A DNA stretch of 64,000 nt, taken from contig NC_082715.1 in the NCBI RefSeq assembly GCF_030144855.1, positions 64,294,001 through 64,358,000 on the forward strand, given 5' to 3'. The translations under genes were made by a program, and so were the position numbers. Of this stretch, positions 12,869 through 26,804 are shown piece after piece. The DNA is from Hypanus sabinus (lineage: Eukaryota). Position 1 is the stretch's first letter, and each line of letters begins with the position of its first letter. The notes under the pieces were generated by a model. It did not search any database. It was not told the DNA's origin and saw only the letters and a list, made by a program, of their open reading frames with translations.

Positions 12869-13832
12869 AAAGGAAGTGCACATTACATATGTAGATACTG
12901 GGTTTGGAATGTCGTCAATGAAGACGTGCAGAATTAAGTTTTTATTTGGTGTAATCTGGCGAAGTACAAAGGAAGGTACCACGTACCGGAGGGAATTTAC
13001 AGCTAAACTTGAAAAATAAATTATTTATGTGCCTAAGCTTCTGTAACTATGAGGTTGATAGAAATTTCATTTCAATTTTACGTTGATAGGATCTTTAGTA
13101 TAAATGAGAACTTAATTTGTGACACAAAGTATTGTCAATGTCATACTTTTCTAGGAAGTATGATACCCTTATACATGTGGTTTCCAAAAGATTACAAAAA
13201 CAAAATCATTGTAATTGTACATTGCAGAACTGGCATTCATGAAACCTCTTGTATACATAACATACTGCTTATCATTTCTCCCCACACAGAATGGAAATTG
13301 CACATTGTCAATTTAACTGAGTGGGTTACTGACAACAGTTTAAGATAGCTCAGATCTTCTTGAAATACAATGATGCCTTGTGATGTATGTCATTATTAAT
13401 GTTCAGAATTTCTGGAAAACTGCAAAGAACAGAATTGGTTCCAGTTGAGGACCTTAGTAATTCATTTATATTGCTGTGCCTTTTAATCTTGTCCCCAGTA
13501 TCTCTAACATTTTAAATTTTGCACTGGCTTTACACATTTGTTTACCATTCAAATTAGTAGGCATGATCAACTAACTAAGCCTTTCATGAAAGAGATGGTT
13601 TTTAGTGTGATGCAGTCCATTTTTCTGCCCTGGAAGGTGAACAGTTTAAACCATTGGTATTGGGTCTTTAAGGTGGAAAACTGTTCTTTGATGTTAACAT
13701 TATTATTTTTTTAAAATGTGACTGATGTGCAGAAGACATCATGCACACTTGCAACCAATACAAAATTAAAAACAGTCTACCTTTCTTCCCTGGCAGTGAC
13801 GGCTTTGCATATTTTTGTTAGTTCCACTAGAG

Positions 13833-13903
13833 CAGGGTTTGCTATCCTGGGGTCCATGGACCCCTTGGTTAATGGTAGGTCGGTAAAAGGTTGGGAGCCC
13901 CTT
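13833..13903. mobile_element. Tiny hAT (Charlie-like) MITE
   Basis: 8-bp TSD CACTAGAG (13825-13832 / 13904-13911) and CAGGG(G/T)T...AGCCCCT termini. Confidence 0.75.
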
Positions 13904-13989
13904 CACTAGAGTGATTTAAAAGAAAACACCAGAAGCTCACAGCAGTCTTATGTAGAAGGCATTCTCAGCAAGAAAGCACTAGAAATCGT

Positions 13990-16900
13990 TAGGAGTGAGT
14001 CATACTTTGAAGTGGTGAGTGAGAGTGTGGGAACTGAGTGGAGTGGGAGCCATTTAAAAACAAGTCTCATTGGGAGTGAACCATACTTTAGAGTAGCAAG
14101 TGAGAGAGCAGAAGCCATTTAAAAACAAGAAGTCTTATTGGGGGTCAGTTTGACCCAGTATAAAGAAGCAAGGTTTATGCAGAGTGGCCATTGTTGGAGT
14201 GGAGAACTGAGGCTTTGGCTTGAATGGGGGGAGGCACAGGTGAGTAGCAGATAAGAGCATCCTGGAAGATATGGGATTGCATTGTAACTAGTAGTCACTC
14301 TGATGAATAAGTCAGCAGGAAGTGCACTCAATTCCAGCTCCTGACTGACCAGGGCAAGTAACTAGAGTTCCTTCTCTGGTGCTGGATGTACCTAGGACCA
14401 TTCAGAAGGCTGAAACCCTTACGAGACTTTAACTGAGGTGGTCACACTCTAAGAGTGCAAGCTTCAGATAGTAAATGGGTGATCACCAGGAGATTTAAGG
14501 GGTGTAAGCAGTCAGTGCAGAGTTCACCAGCGCCCATTCCCCTCAGCAACATGTATACCCTTTTGGATACTGCTGGGAGGAGCCTAGATAACCTATCAGA
14601 GCACAGCAACTGCAACCAGGCTGGTGGCACTGTGGCTGGCTCTGAGATTCAGCAGGGATGGGTAAAGTCGGGTAGGTTGATAGTGATAGGAGACTCAATA
14701 GTTAGGGGGATGGACAGAGGGTTCTGTGAAAGAGACACCAGGATGGTGTGTTGCCAGGGTCCAGAATGTCTGAGTGGTTGCAGAATTTTCTTTGGCGGTA
14801 GGGGGGTGTGTATGCGCAGTCAAAGGTCATGGTGCACACTGGCCTGCTAGTTTCATAGCGTGCTAGTCAGAGCAGGAATACGGTGATTATACTGGTGAAT
14901 AGTGGCTGAGGAACTGGGGCAAGGGGTAGAGTTTCAGGTTCTTTGATCATTGGAACCTCTACTGGAGCGGGGTGACCTGTACAAGAGGAATGGTTTGCAT
15001 CTAAACTGGGGAGGAACTAATATCCTGGCCGGGAAGTTCACCAGTGCTATTTGAGAAGGTTAAAACTAGTTTGGCAGGGGGATGCAGCCAGAAAACCAGA
15101 TCAGAAAGTGGAGAGATGGGGAGGAAAGTAGATAACTGGGCCAGTCAAAACAGACAGAAGCAAGACAATGTAAGGGATAATTTGAAGTGTGTGAATATTA
15201 ATCCTGGGAGTTTTATGGGTAAAGGTGATAAACAGAGCACAGATCAGTACATAGAGTTATGATGCTGTGGCCATTTCAGAGACAGTTGAGAGAGGGACAG
15301 GACTATGTGCTTAATGTGCCTCAGGGTTTTAATTGTTTTCGAAAAGGTAGAGAGGGAGGTTAAATGTGGGGGGAGGGAGTTGCACACTAATCAGAGTCAA
15401 TATCACAGCTGTACTCTGAGGGGACATAATGGAGGGCTGAGTTTCATGGGAAGGACTCAAAATAGGAAAGGTGCAATCCTCTGGGATTGTACCACAGGAC
15501 CCCTCTCCCCCCAATAGCCTTGAGGACATTGAGGAACAGATCTGCAGACAGATTAAGGAAAGGTGTAAAACAATAGTTTTGTTGTCTTGGGGTTCTTCAG
15601 TTTTTCTTAATATAAATTAGGACCACCTTAGTGCGAGAGGGTTAGATGAGGCAGAATTTGCTCAGTTCAGTATTCAACACAATCATCTCTCTGAAACCGA
15701 TTGGAAAGCTGAGCCTGCTGTGCCTGAACACCTTCCTGGGAGACTGGGACTTCCTGACTAGGAGACCTCAGTCAGTCCGGATCGGAGGCAGCATCTCCAA
15801 AACCATCACACTGAACAAGGGGGGAGGTGGGGGGGGGGGGGAAGCAGGGCTGTGTGCTCAGTCCACTGCTGTTCACTCTGCTGACCCATGACTGTACTGC
15901 AACACACAGCTCGAACCACATCGTCAAGTTCGCCGATGACACGACCGTGGTGGGTCTCATCAGCGAGAATGATGAGTCAGCATACAGAGAGGAGTTGCAG
16001 TGGCTAACGGACTGGTGCAGAGCCAACAACCTGTCTCTGAATGTGAACAAAACAAAAGAGATGGTTGTTGACTTCAGGAGGGCACAGAGCGACCACTCTC
16101 CGCTGAACATCGACGGCTCCTCGGTAGAGATCGTTAAGAGCACCAAATTTCTTGGTGTTCACCTGGAGGAGAATCTCACCTGGTCCCTCAATATCAGCTC
16201 TATAGCAAAGAAAGCCCAGCTGCGTCTCTACTTTCTGTGAAGGCTGAGGAAAGTCCATCTCCCACCCTCCCATCCTCACCACATTCTATAGGGGTTGTAT
16301 TGAGAGCTTCCTGAGCAGCTGCATCACTGCCTGGTTTGGAAATTGCACCACCTCGGATCGCAAGACCCTGTAGCGGATAGTGAGGTCAGCTGAGAAGATC
16401 CTCGGGGTCTCCCTTCCGGCCATTACAGACATTTACACCACACGCTACATCCGCAAAGCAAACAGCATTATGAAGGACTGGACGCACCCCTCATACAAAC
16501 TCTTCTCCCTCCTGCCATCTGAAAAGGTACTGAAGCATTTGGGCTCTCACAACCAGGCTATGTAACAGTTTCTTCCCCCAAGTCATCAGACCCCTCAATA
16601 CCCAGAGCCTGGACTGACACCAACTTTCTGCCCTCATCTGTGCCTATTGTTTATTATTTATTGTAATGCCTGCACTGTTTTGTGCACTTTATGTGGTCCT
16701 GGGTAGGTCTGTAGTTTAGTGCAGTTTTTTCTGTGTTTTTACATAGTTCAGTGTCACTTTTGTACTGTTTCATGCAGCACCATGGTCTGGAAAAACGTCT
16801 CATTTTTACTGCCTACTGTACCAGCAGTTATGGTCGAAATGACAATAAATGTGACTTGCCTTGTGAATGCAGGAGGGTTTCTTGTGTCAGTATGTCACTG

Positions 16901-19060
16901 GTCAAACAAGATGTTGGGCTGTACTGGACCTGGCGTTGAATAATGAGCCTGGCTAGATGACTGACCTTGTGGTAGGTGAGCAGTTAGGGAACAGTGACCA
17001 CAACTCCTTAAGATGGCTATTGATAAGGTTAACTATGGAAGTTATGGGGAGAGCATTCAATTAGAGCAGGGCACATTACAAGAGCATTGAGAAAGAGCTA
17101 GGAAGAGTTAATTGTTTTTTGGCAAGTCCACATCTGACATGTGGGTGGTGCTTAAAGACCAATTGCACAGAGTAGATGACGGGTATGTTCCAGTCAGAAA
17201 GAATAAACAAGGATGGCAAGGTTGCTGAGAGAAGTGATAAATTTAATCAAGAAGAAAAGGGAAAATATATTCAAATTAAAAAGCTGGATTCAAACAGAGC
17301 CCTTAAGGATTATAAAGAAGTCAGAAAAAACTCAAGAAAGGAATTAGGAAGGGCCATAAAAAGTCCAGCAATTAGGACTTCTAAGGCAAACTATGTATAT
17401 ATCAAGACCAACAGAAAAACTATGGAGAGAGGATAAAGCGGAGGGGGGAGCATGTGATTGGATGCAGAGTATGGGGGTGAGCCTCTCAAAGAACTTTACA
17501 TCAGTATTTACCAAGGAGAAGAATGTGGGGTATAAGGAGATTGCTGTTAAGAGTAATATGTTAAGACATTTCGAGGTAAAGGAGGAGGTTGTGTTGGGTC
17601 TCTTACAGACCCATTAAGGTGGATAAGTCCCCAGAGCCTGATGAGATATCCCTCAGGTTACTGAGAGACGAGAGAAGAGATTGCTGGGTCTTGACCAATA
17701 TTTTCATGTTCTATCTAGTCACACATGAGGTTTCGGAGGACTTGCTGGTAGCTAATGTTCCATTATTGAAATAAGGGGACAAGAGATAATCCTGGAAACT
17801 AGTGGGGAACCACTTCATTCTCTGGAAGTTGCTGGAGAGAATTATTAAGGATAGAATATATGAGCATTTGGAAAACCATAGCCTATTAGGGAGAGCCAGC
17901 ATGCCTTCATGCAGGGCAGGTCATGTCTTACTAACTTGATTGAGAATTCCGGCAAGGGTGGTTTGTTGAAGATAGAGCTATGAATGCTGTCTGCATGGAT
18001 TTTAGTAAGGTGTTTAACAATGACCCTCATGGAAGTTTCATCCAGAAAATTCAGATGCATGGGGTCCATGGTGAATTGGCCGTTTCGATTCAAAGTTGGC
18101 CTGCCCTTATGAAGGCCGAGGGTGGTAGTTGGAGGGACTTGTTCCAGATGAAGGTCTGTGATTAGCAGTATTCTGCATGGATCTGCACTGGGACCTTTGC
18201 AGTTTGTGATGTATATAAATGACCTGGATGTATGTGTCGATAGGTTTGCATATGATACAAAGATTTGTTGTGGATAGTGTAGAAGACTGGCAAGGAGTAC
18301 AGCAGCATATAGATCAGTTACAGATATGGGGGTGGGGGGGGGGGGGTGGAAGAGCAGACGGAGTTTAATCCAGCCAAATGTGAAGTGTTACACCTTGGTA
18401 GGTAAAATGTAATGAGTCGGTACACTGCGAAGTGTGTGTTAATGAGCAGAAGAATCTCGGAGTCCAAGCTCATAGCTCCCTGAAAGTGACAACAGTGGTT
18501 GATGGGGTGGTTAAGAAGACCTATGGCATGCTTTCCTTTATTAATTGAGGCACTGAGATCAAAAGCCAGCAAGTTATGTTACAGCTTTATAAAACTGCAG
18601 TTAGGCTGCATCAGGAATACTGTTCTGTCCACCCCATTATATGAAGGATATTGAGGCTTTGGAGGGATTGCAGAAGAGGTTAACCAGGATGCTGTCTGAT
18701 TTAAAGGGCATGTTTTGTAAGAGATTGGACAAACTGGGGCTGTTTTCTCTGGACTAGTGGAAGCTGATGGGAGATCTGATAGAGGTTTTTGTACCTGAGA
18801 GGCATAGGTAGAATATACCCTATCTTTTCTCCCTGGGTTGAAATGTCTATTACCAAAAGGCACACATTTAAGATGGGAAAGGGTAATTTCAAATGAGATA
18901 TGCAAATCAGAAATGCAGATTAATGAGGGAAGTGTTAGGACATGGACATTGCATAGAGAAGGGATTAGTGTAGTTGGCCATTTGATTACAAATTTAATTG
19001 GTACTGCACAGCATTATGGGCCGAAAGGCCTGTTCCTGAGCTGTATTGTTCTATGTTTTA
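13990..19060 (+). mobile_element. Near-full-length degenerate CR1 LINE (ORF1 SGNH esterase, ORF2 EN-RT), interrupted by Rex1
   Basis: ORF1 motif VIGDSIVRGMDR.FC..D.RMVCC (14455-14850), EN/RT remnants (DKSP.PD.I; MDFSKVF), tail near 19055. Confidence 0.85.
15662..16862 (+). mobile_element. Rex1/Babar-like LINE 3' portion nested in CR1
   Basis: [10 protein letters not shown]...KFADDTT...[15 protein letters not shown]. Same family as 28.1-30.6 kb. AATAAA-(GACTT) tail. Confidence 0.9.
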
Positions 19061-21013
19061 AATAATATGCTGGGATTTATTTGAGAGCAAAGTACACTTT
19101 AATTTGAAACACAGTTATCACCATGTTTTGAAAACTCAACTCCAGGTGCTGGACATACTAAAATACAAACAGAAAAAATGTTTAAATGAATCAGCAAGTT
19201 AGGCTGCATCTGAGGGAAGAGAAGTACAGTTTCAGATCAAAGATGCTTCATTGGACTTTCATGTTTTTATTTTGTTTCTCTGCAATTTTCTCATTAAGAG
19301 TAAATGATGCTTTTGTTTTACCAGAGGACAGAAAAAAGTGTTTGCATTTATGAAATGTCTTTCCATAATGACAGAGTTCCAATACTTCAAGTGCAGTCAG
19401 TTTTGTAATTTAGGGAATCTGAGTAAGGAACATGTTCATTACCAGATGCCACATGCAGAAGGGAGAAAAGAAGATTTTTTTAAAAATCTGCGGTTGTTTT
19501 GAGTATAACTATTGTCCAAGGTTTAAACTTCTGGAAACACACAGTCCATCAGACAGCATCTATGTCAAGAGTGAGATCTGTGTGAGAGCAGGAAACATTC
19601 AACAGAGAAGGTCTCATTATACAGAAGTTTCACTTGGGCCAATAAAAAGAAGTGAAGTTTAAGTGGAGCGAACGTATTGCTAGTGGACAGGGTTAGATTG
19701 GGGAATTGAGACATTGGCTTAAGAGACCAGTGAGAAGAGGTAGAAACCAAGGTCATGGAAGCATTTTGCATCAGCCGTTGTGTGAGTGGGCCAGTGTCAG
19801 AGTCTTGAGGCTGTGGCTTCAGAGGGTTCGGCAAGAAGGCATGGCTGAGTAGCAGGTAAGATTTTTAATAGCAGTTAACTAAAAAGATGCATGATTCACA
19901 ATTAAATAAAATAGGGGGGGAAGGATCTGGAAATGTGTTGCAGCTGCATGATGTGGTGGCTGATGAACCCTATTGAAGTTTCTCATGATCACATCTAGAA
20001 CAAGTGTTGGATGCTCAAGAAACTCTGGCTCAGAGTTGATGACTTGGAATCTGAGCCTCAAGTGCTGGTGCATCAGGGAGGGGGAGTTTTACCTGGGTAC
20101 ATTGTTTCAGAAGGCCGTCACACTCATTGAAGTAACTGCTTGAAATTTGGTCTGTGCCAGGGACAGGTCTGTGACTGAGCTGACTGAGGCAAATGGGCGA
20201 TTCAAGAGGTAGCGGCGGAGCAGCTTCAGCTCTCGAGCTTGCCCAGCAGGTCTGAGATTGTTGCTCCCTGTGAGATGAGTCAGTTGGGGTGGTTAGAGGA
20301 AGGATGAGTAACCGAACTATGTTACTTTGATTAGAAACACATCCAACAGGGGAAGAGAGGAGGCATTTTGTAATTGTGGGTAGTACAGTCAGAGGAATAA
20401 ACACAATTCTCGGTCATAAGAATTGAGAGTCCCCAAGGCTGTGTTGTCAGTCTGGTGCCCATGTCTGGGACATCTCATCATCTGACCTGCAAAGGAATTA
20501 GGTGTGGAAGGAGAAAGATTCAGTTGTCATCGTCCATCTGGTCGCAACAATGTAGGACACATAAGGAAAGGGATTCTGCTGAGGGAATTTTAGCACCTAG
20601 GGATTAAATTAAAATGCAAAATCAGAATGGTAGTAGTTTCTAGATTGTTACTTGAGCCATGTGGTTAATAGATGAGCGACATACAGTGTGGGATAAGTGA
20701 GTTTGAATTCATGAGACATTGGCACCTGTATTGGGGAAGGAGGGAGCTGTTCCAAAGCGGGATCAGGGCTTGAGTGAATTGCATAACTAGGGTTGTGGAT
20801 ATGGATTTAAACCAAATAGTTGGGTTGTTGGGTTCAACAACTCGGGAAGGTACGGATCTAGTAGGAGAGTGTAAGGGAGTTTATGGAAGTCTCCAGAATA
20901 AAAAATAAGGTACAATTGAGAAAGGGATGAGAATCTAACTTCAGGCAAAATGGAGACAAAATTGAAAAGAAAGGTGAAAGTGTTATAATTGAAGGCACAC
21001 AGAATATAATGTA

Positions 21014-21183
21014 CATGCACAACGCTGGAAGAACTCAGCAGGTCGGGCAGCATCTGTGAGAAAAGAGTAGCCAATGTTTCGGGCCGAGACCCTTCATCAT
21101 GGATGCTGCCTGACCTGCTGAGTTCTTCCAGTGTTGTGTACGTATTCTTTGATCCACAGCATTTGCAGTTGTATTTTTGTGTT
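21014..21183. mobile_element. 170-bp fold-back mini-PLE carrying a hammerhead core
   Basis: 14-bp TSD CAGAATATAATGTA (21000-21013 / 21184-21197). 48-bp inverted arms (21012-21059 / 21097-21144). Minus-strand TGATGA-A-GGGTCTCGGCCC-GAAA between the arms. Confidence 0.85.
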
Positions 21184-23004
21184 CAGAATATAATGTAAAT
21201 TCTTCTAACACAGTTAGAAATTGTCAGGTATGATGTTCTGAACATTACCAAGTCGCAGTTAAAAGGTAATCACAGTTGTAAGCTTATCATCCAGGGATGT
21301 AGATAATATTGATAGAATGGCAAATAGGCAGTGGGTTGGGGTGGCTTTGAAGGTAAGGTAAATATGCAATAGAATCCTTGGAAATAGTGACATAGGATCA
21401 GAAGATGTAGGGAGAATTGAGAAGCTGAAAGGGTAAAAAGATACTGCTGGGAATTGTATCCAGGCCTCCAAACAGTAGCAGAATGTGGAATACAAATTGC
21501 AATCGGAGAGAGAAAAGGAGTTTAAAAAGGGCAGTGTTATCATGGTCATGGCATGTTTTCAATATGCAGGTAAATTGAGAAGGTCGATCTATTGCTGAAT
21601 CCTAAGAGAAGGAATTTGTAGAATACATACATGATGGCTTTTTAAAACAGCCTGTGTTTGAGCTGACGAGGGAAAAGAGCAATTCTGAATTGAGTGTTGT
21701 GTAATAAAGCAGATTTGATTAGATTGTTTAAGGTAAAGGAGCCTATAGATAGTGAGCACAATATAGAATTTATCCTGCTGTTTGAGAAAAAGCAGTTAAA
21801 ATCAGATATTCTGGTCTTACAGTTGAGTAGAGGTAACTGCAGAGTCATGGAAGAGGAGCTGGCTGAAGTTGATTGGATGTGACACTAGCAGAGAAAGTAG
21901 TAGAGCAGCAGGTAGAGCTTCTAGGGGTAATTATGAAGACACAAAATTGGTTTATCTCAAAGAAGTAGCAGCACTCTTAAAGAGAGTATGAGGCAACTGT
22001 GACTCCTAAGGGAAGTCAAAGACAACATAGTTGCAAAAGAGAAGACATGCAACATAACAAAAATTAGTGGGAAGCTAGAGGACTGGAAAGCTTTCAAAAA
22101 TGAAACAAAGGCATCTAAAATGCCATAAGGAGAGAAAAGATGAAACATGAAGCTAAGCTAGACAAGAATATAAGGGGATACCAGAAACTTTTCAGATGTA
22201 CAAAAAGTAAGACAGGTAAGAGTGGACATTGGACCATTGAATGGGGAACAATGAAAACGCGATCGAGCTAAAGAATTTTTGTGAGTTTTTACTGTAGAAG
22301 ACACCAGGAATGTGCCAGAAATTTGAGAGGATCAGGGCAAAGTTTGAGAATGTGCTTGGGAAGCTGAAAGTTCTGAAGCCAGATAGGTCACTTGGAGCTC
22401 ATGGGCCCCATGGTTCTGAAAGGTAGCTGAAGAGATTGGAGAGGCATTATTAGTTCATTATCTTTCAAGAATCATTAGATTCTGGAATGGTTCTGGAATA
22501 CTGAAAAGTTGCAAATGCCACTCCATTCTTTAAGAAGGGAGGGAGGCAGAGGAAAGGAAGTTGTCGTCCAGTTAACCTAACTTCAGTGGTTGCAAGGGTT
22601 GGGATCTGTTATTAAGAGTGTGGTTTTAGGGGTACTTAGACACACATGATAAAATGGTTTCCTTGGAATTCATTGAGGAAATAATGGGAGATGAAGGAAA
22701 ATCTTCCCAAATGTAGATGAAGTGGATGTTGTTTACGTGGATATTTGACAAGGTAAGGTATTGCACATGAGACTAAAGAGCCCATCGCAACACAGGAAAG
22801 CTAATATCACGGACAGAAGATTGGCTGACTGAAGGGAGGCAAATAGTGAAAATAAAGGAGGCCTTTTCAGCTTAGCTGTTGGTGATTCGTGGCATTCCAC
22901 AAGGTCTGTGTAGTTTTTGCTTCTTTTCACAGTGTATGTTAATAATCTAGACAAATCTGATGGATTTGTAGCCGAATTTGAGGGTGATAAAGAGATTGGT
23001 CAAT

Positions 23005-23460
23005 TGAATTAAATTTATTTAAATCTTACATCTGTCCTGCAACATGAGGGAGTAGAAATCTTTGCGTTAGGACTCCATCACAATATATAGAGACGTGTGA
23101 ATTTATGTCTATTGTCTTGTTGAAAGTAGCTGTCCCAGCCTGTTGGTCCTGGCTTTAATGCTGAGGTACCACTTGCCAGATGGAATCAGCTGAAACAGTT
23201 TATGGTTGGGGTGACTGGTGTCCCCGATGATCTTCCAGGCCTGCTTTATGTACCTGCTGCTGTAAATTTCCTCAATGGAGGGAAGTTCATATCTACAGAT
23301 GCACTGGGCTGTCTGTATATCTCTCTGCAGTGCGCAGTAAACAGATTGGTGTGGTTCCTGTACCAGGCGGTGATACAGCCAGTCAGTATGTTCTCAATAG
23401 AAGGTCTTCAGTCACTTGAGATGCTGTTGTGCTTTTTTTGCCACACAGCTGGTGTGTACA
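23005..23460 (-). mobile_element. Rex1/Babar-like 3' fragment in CR1
   Basis: Reverse complement of the ...LPSGK.Y...RT.RL.. region. Confidence 0.55.
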
Positions 23461-23699
23461 GTTCAGCACAAACTGCTGAAGTATTTATACAGATTAGAAG
23501 AATGGCAAAGAAGTGGTAGGTGGCATACAGTGTAGAGAAGTGTATGGTCTTAAACTTCAGTAGAAGGAATAAAGGCGTAGATGACTTTGTAAACGTTGGT
23601 GGGGGGGGGGGGGAGTGAATTCAGGAATCAGAGAAACAAAGAGACTTAGGAGCCCTAGTTCATGATTCCCTAAAGGTTAATTAAATTAAGTGCAGAAGG

Positions 23700-23992
23700 G
23701 CAATTCAAATAATCAATTAAACTGCTTAACTGGTATGTCTTTGGACTGTGTGAGGAAACCAAAGAACATGGGAAGAGTGTAAGAATATTTATTTTATTTA
23801 TAGATGCAGCATTGTTTTGGCCCTCTCCCCTATCCCCCACTCCCCTTCAAGCCGTACTACTCCATCAACCCCTGACAACCTCAATTTAACCCTAACCTAA
23901 TCATGGGACAATTTACAGTGACTGATGAACCGGCCCGGTAGGCCTTTGGACTGAAGAGGAAACCGGAACACCTGGGGAAACCCCACGCATTT
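23700..23992 (-). mobile_element. tRNA-derived SINE fragments (HE1/V-SINE-like)
   Basis: TCTTTGGACTGTG.GAGGAAACC and GGAAACCGGAACACCTGGGGAAACCCCACGCA, the reverse complement of the V-SINE-type core. Confidence 0.65.
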
Positions 23993-26804
23993 TATGCCAG
24001 AATTGAACTTTGAGGCAACAAGCTATATTAGCTGCTACAAACACCTTGCAGATAGAGTCTTTAATAAGGAAGGCAAATGCAATGTTAGCATTCATTTTGT
24101 GAGGATCATTATAGAAAAGCAAGGATGTAATGGAGAAATTTTTATAAGGCTTTCATCAGATCTTATCTGGAGAATGGTGAACAGTTTTCAATGTTTCCAG
24201 TAAGCTGGCGGCACACTTGGATGCAGTGGCTTCTACGGGACCAACTAAAGGCGGTGTCTTTTTTAAACATATTTTTAATGATCACAAGATGTTCTGAATA
24301 TTAAGAACTTAAAGTACTGCAGTTCTACCCCATCAGCAACTTGCTTGTCGGCTAAGAAACTGAAGGAGCTAGACTTGGTGTGGGTCGTGCTGTTGCCTGT
24401 GTATGTGAAGGAAGTGTACATTCTAACAGTGAGTCCTTGTCTTTGTTGTTTTTCTTGTGATTGCAAGATCCTGCTGGATATTGTTATTATGGAATGCTGC
24501 ACATCTGAATGACTGGTTTATTGGCAAATGGCAGAGGAGGTGAGCGATCTCAGTTGTAGCAAGGACTGGGCCTCGAGCCATGGTGTCACCTGCTTGCAGA
24601 CCAACCAGGAGAGGGGTGTTAGGGTCAGTGCATTGTACTGGAGTGCTAGAGGCAGTGTGATGTGGCCTATGTGTTGGAATTGGTGCTGCTCTCCAGTGTT
24701 TGCTCAGCAGTAGACAAGATATATTGTCTCCTGCAGCATTCATGGACTCGGGGGCCTGGACTATTTTTTTGTTTGACTGAATTTTACTTCTGTTGTACCT
24801 TGGCCCTGGAGTAATGCTGCTTAACTTGGCTATATTCTTGGGTGTTCATGTATGGTTGAATGACAGTTAAACTTGAACTTGAAATTTTAGGCCCCATATC
24901 TAAGAAAGAATGTGCTGGGGTTATGGAGAGTCCAGAGAAGGTTTACAAGAATGATCCCTGGAATGAAAGAATTAACTTAAGAGAAAAGTTTGATGGCTCT
25001 GGGCTTGTACTTGCTGGAGTTTAGAAGAACTAGTAAGGATCTCATTGAAACCCACTGAATACTTGAAAGGCTTAGATAGTGTTTAGGCAGAGAGGATCTT
25101 TCCAATAATGGGAGAGTTTAGGACCAGATGGTATAGCTTGAGAACAGAAATATACCCTTTTAGAACAGAGATTATGAAGAATTTCTTTATTCAAAGTGGT
25201 GAATCCATTACCACAGACAGCTATGGGTGACCATATTTAAAGCAAAATTTGATAGGTTCTTGATTAATAAGGGTATCAAAGATTATGGCGATAAGGCAGG
25301 AGAATAGGGTTGAGAAGCAGAGTAGATTAGCTATGATCAAATGCGGAGCAGGCTCAATGGGACAGTTGGCCATAATAACTTTTAAAAGGCCTTTTGGTAG
25401 TGTCATTGGCCTGAAAAAAAGTCTGTCTTTTCACAGAAGCTGCTTTGATCTTGGAGTGTTGCAGCATTTTTTCTTTTTTTTCTTTTTCAGCATCTGGAGT
25501 TCTTTAGATTTTTATTAATTATTGTCCAAGGTCCAGGATAAAATCTTAATGGGGTACTGTTGTTACACTTATTTTTTTATTGACCAGAAGATACTTTGCG
25601 CCTCAACTGCATCTGTCTTCCCAAAGTCAACTTTGAACAACAATGCTTCTCTTAATTTGCCCCAAGAGATCAGAAATTGATAAATTGTCACAACTATTCA
25701 GTGTTGGTACATGGAGGTAGTAGCTATGGTTTTCTCTTAATTCACTCTCAAGATAGTGGGAGTAGTTTGTATTAGAAACAATTATTTATTCATAAATTTA
25801 GCATACCAACAGGGAAGCTTGCAATTTATTCCTTTGAGAAATCTTCTGTCCACACATGGTTGCAGTAGTTGTTTGCAGATAGTCACATGATATAATCTTT
25901 AAAGGGTAATGGCTCTTCAGGAACAACTATTGTTTATGGACCAGTAGTTTATACATCAATTCTTTAATATTGAAAGGCAAAAGTAAAAATAATATTGCAA
26001 AATATTTTGGCATGAAACCCTGGAGATACTTGGATTAGTAGACTCTTTCCAGATCTGGCCCTAATAGGTTGCACTTTGCCTAGTTGCTATTTAGCTATGG
26101 GTTTCTCACTGCAGGGTTAGTAATGCATCCTTTAGTATCTCCATGACTGCTACACACAAGCATGTTCTTTGGTGGGTTTTCTAAGATGGCTGCTATTCCT
26201 CTGCTTTGATTTATTTTCTTCTGTCTTGATAATTAAAGTATCTGTTCTTCTGAGAACCTTGCATTGATAGGTGACTGCTCTGAGTTGTTTCCACTTACCT
26301 GTGATCTGACCTTTTAAGGTTTCATTACAGGAAAACTGCCTTTTAACCTTTTCAAAGTTCAGTTCAAATTAAAAATAATTCAATAGATCTAATTTCCCAC
26401 CTGGGTGAAACATTTATCTTTAGCCAGGTGTCTGGAACTTAATGAGATTAATGATTCCTTTCCCAAAATCTGTTTAAGTCACATGATTCCTGACTTCCTC
26501 ATCCATCCCCTTCTACAGGCACTTTTCCTCACCGTGGAGACTGATCCAGATGTGAAGAGTGCTCATGTGTTATTTTAATTCTTTCATAGCTTGGACGTGT
26601 TTGGTGCCTTGTTTTTGAAGATTGTGTTGCCATGATTATCTAGATCTTCTGTCTCAGAACAATTGTTTGTGATCAGAGAATAGATTCACCTACAGTTTGC
26701 CTGTGCTGTTTATCTTGTTTGAATTTCTCTCAATGTAAGCTGTATTGTATCATCTTGCAGAGTGGTAGTCTGCTGTATTACTGGTGACGTGATTTTGACT
26801 TGTC

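Larger units (their letters stand above)
19660..25380 (+). mobile_element. Second near-full-length degenerate CR1 LINE with several nested insertions
   Basis: ORF1 Cys-rich/SGNH remnants at 19.9-20.8 kb, EN from ~20.98 kb, RT at ~22.3-23.0 kb, C-terminus at 24.9-25.3 kb. Confidence 0.8.

Noticed and set aside
19155-19260. Further degenerate PLE-tail modules (also ~25400-25500, 34305-34410, 46945-47120, 61020-61100)
   Set aside because: Related to the hammerhead-bearing tail, but the cores are too decayed to call as ribozymes.
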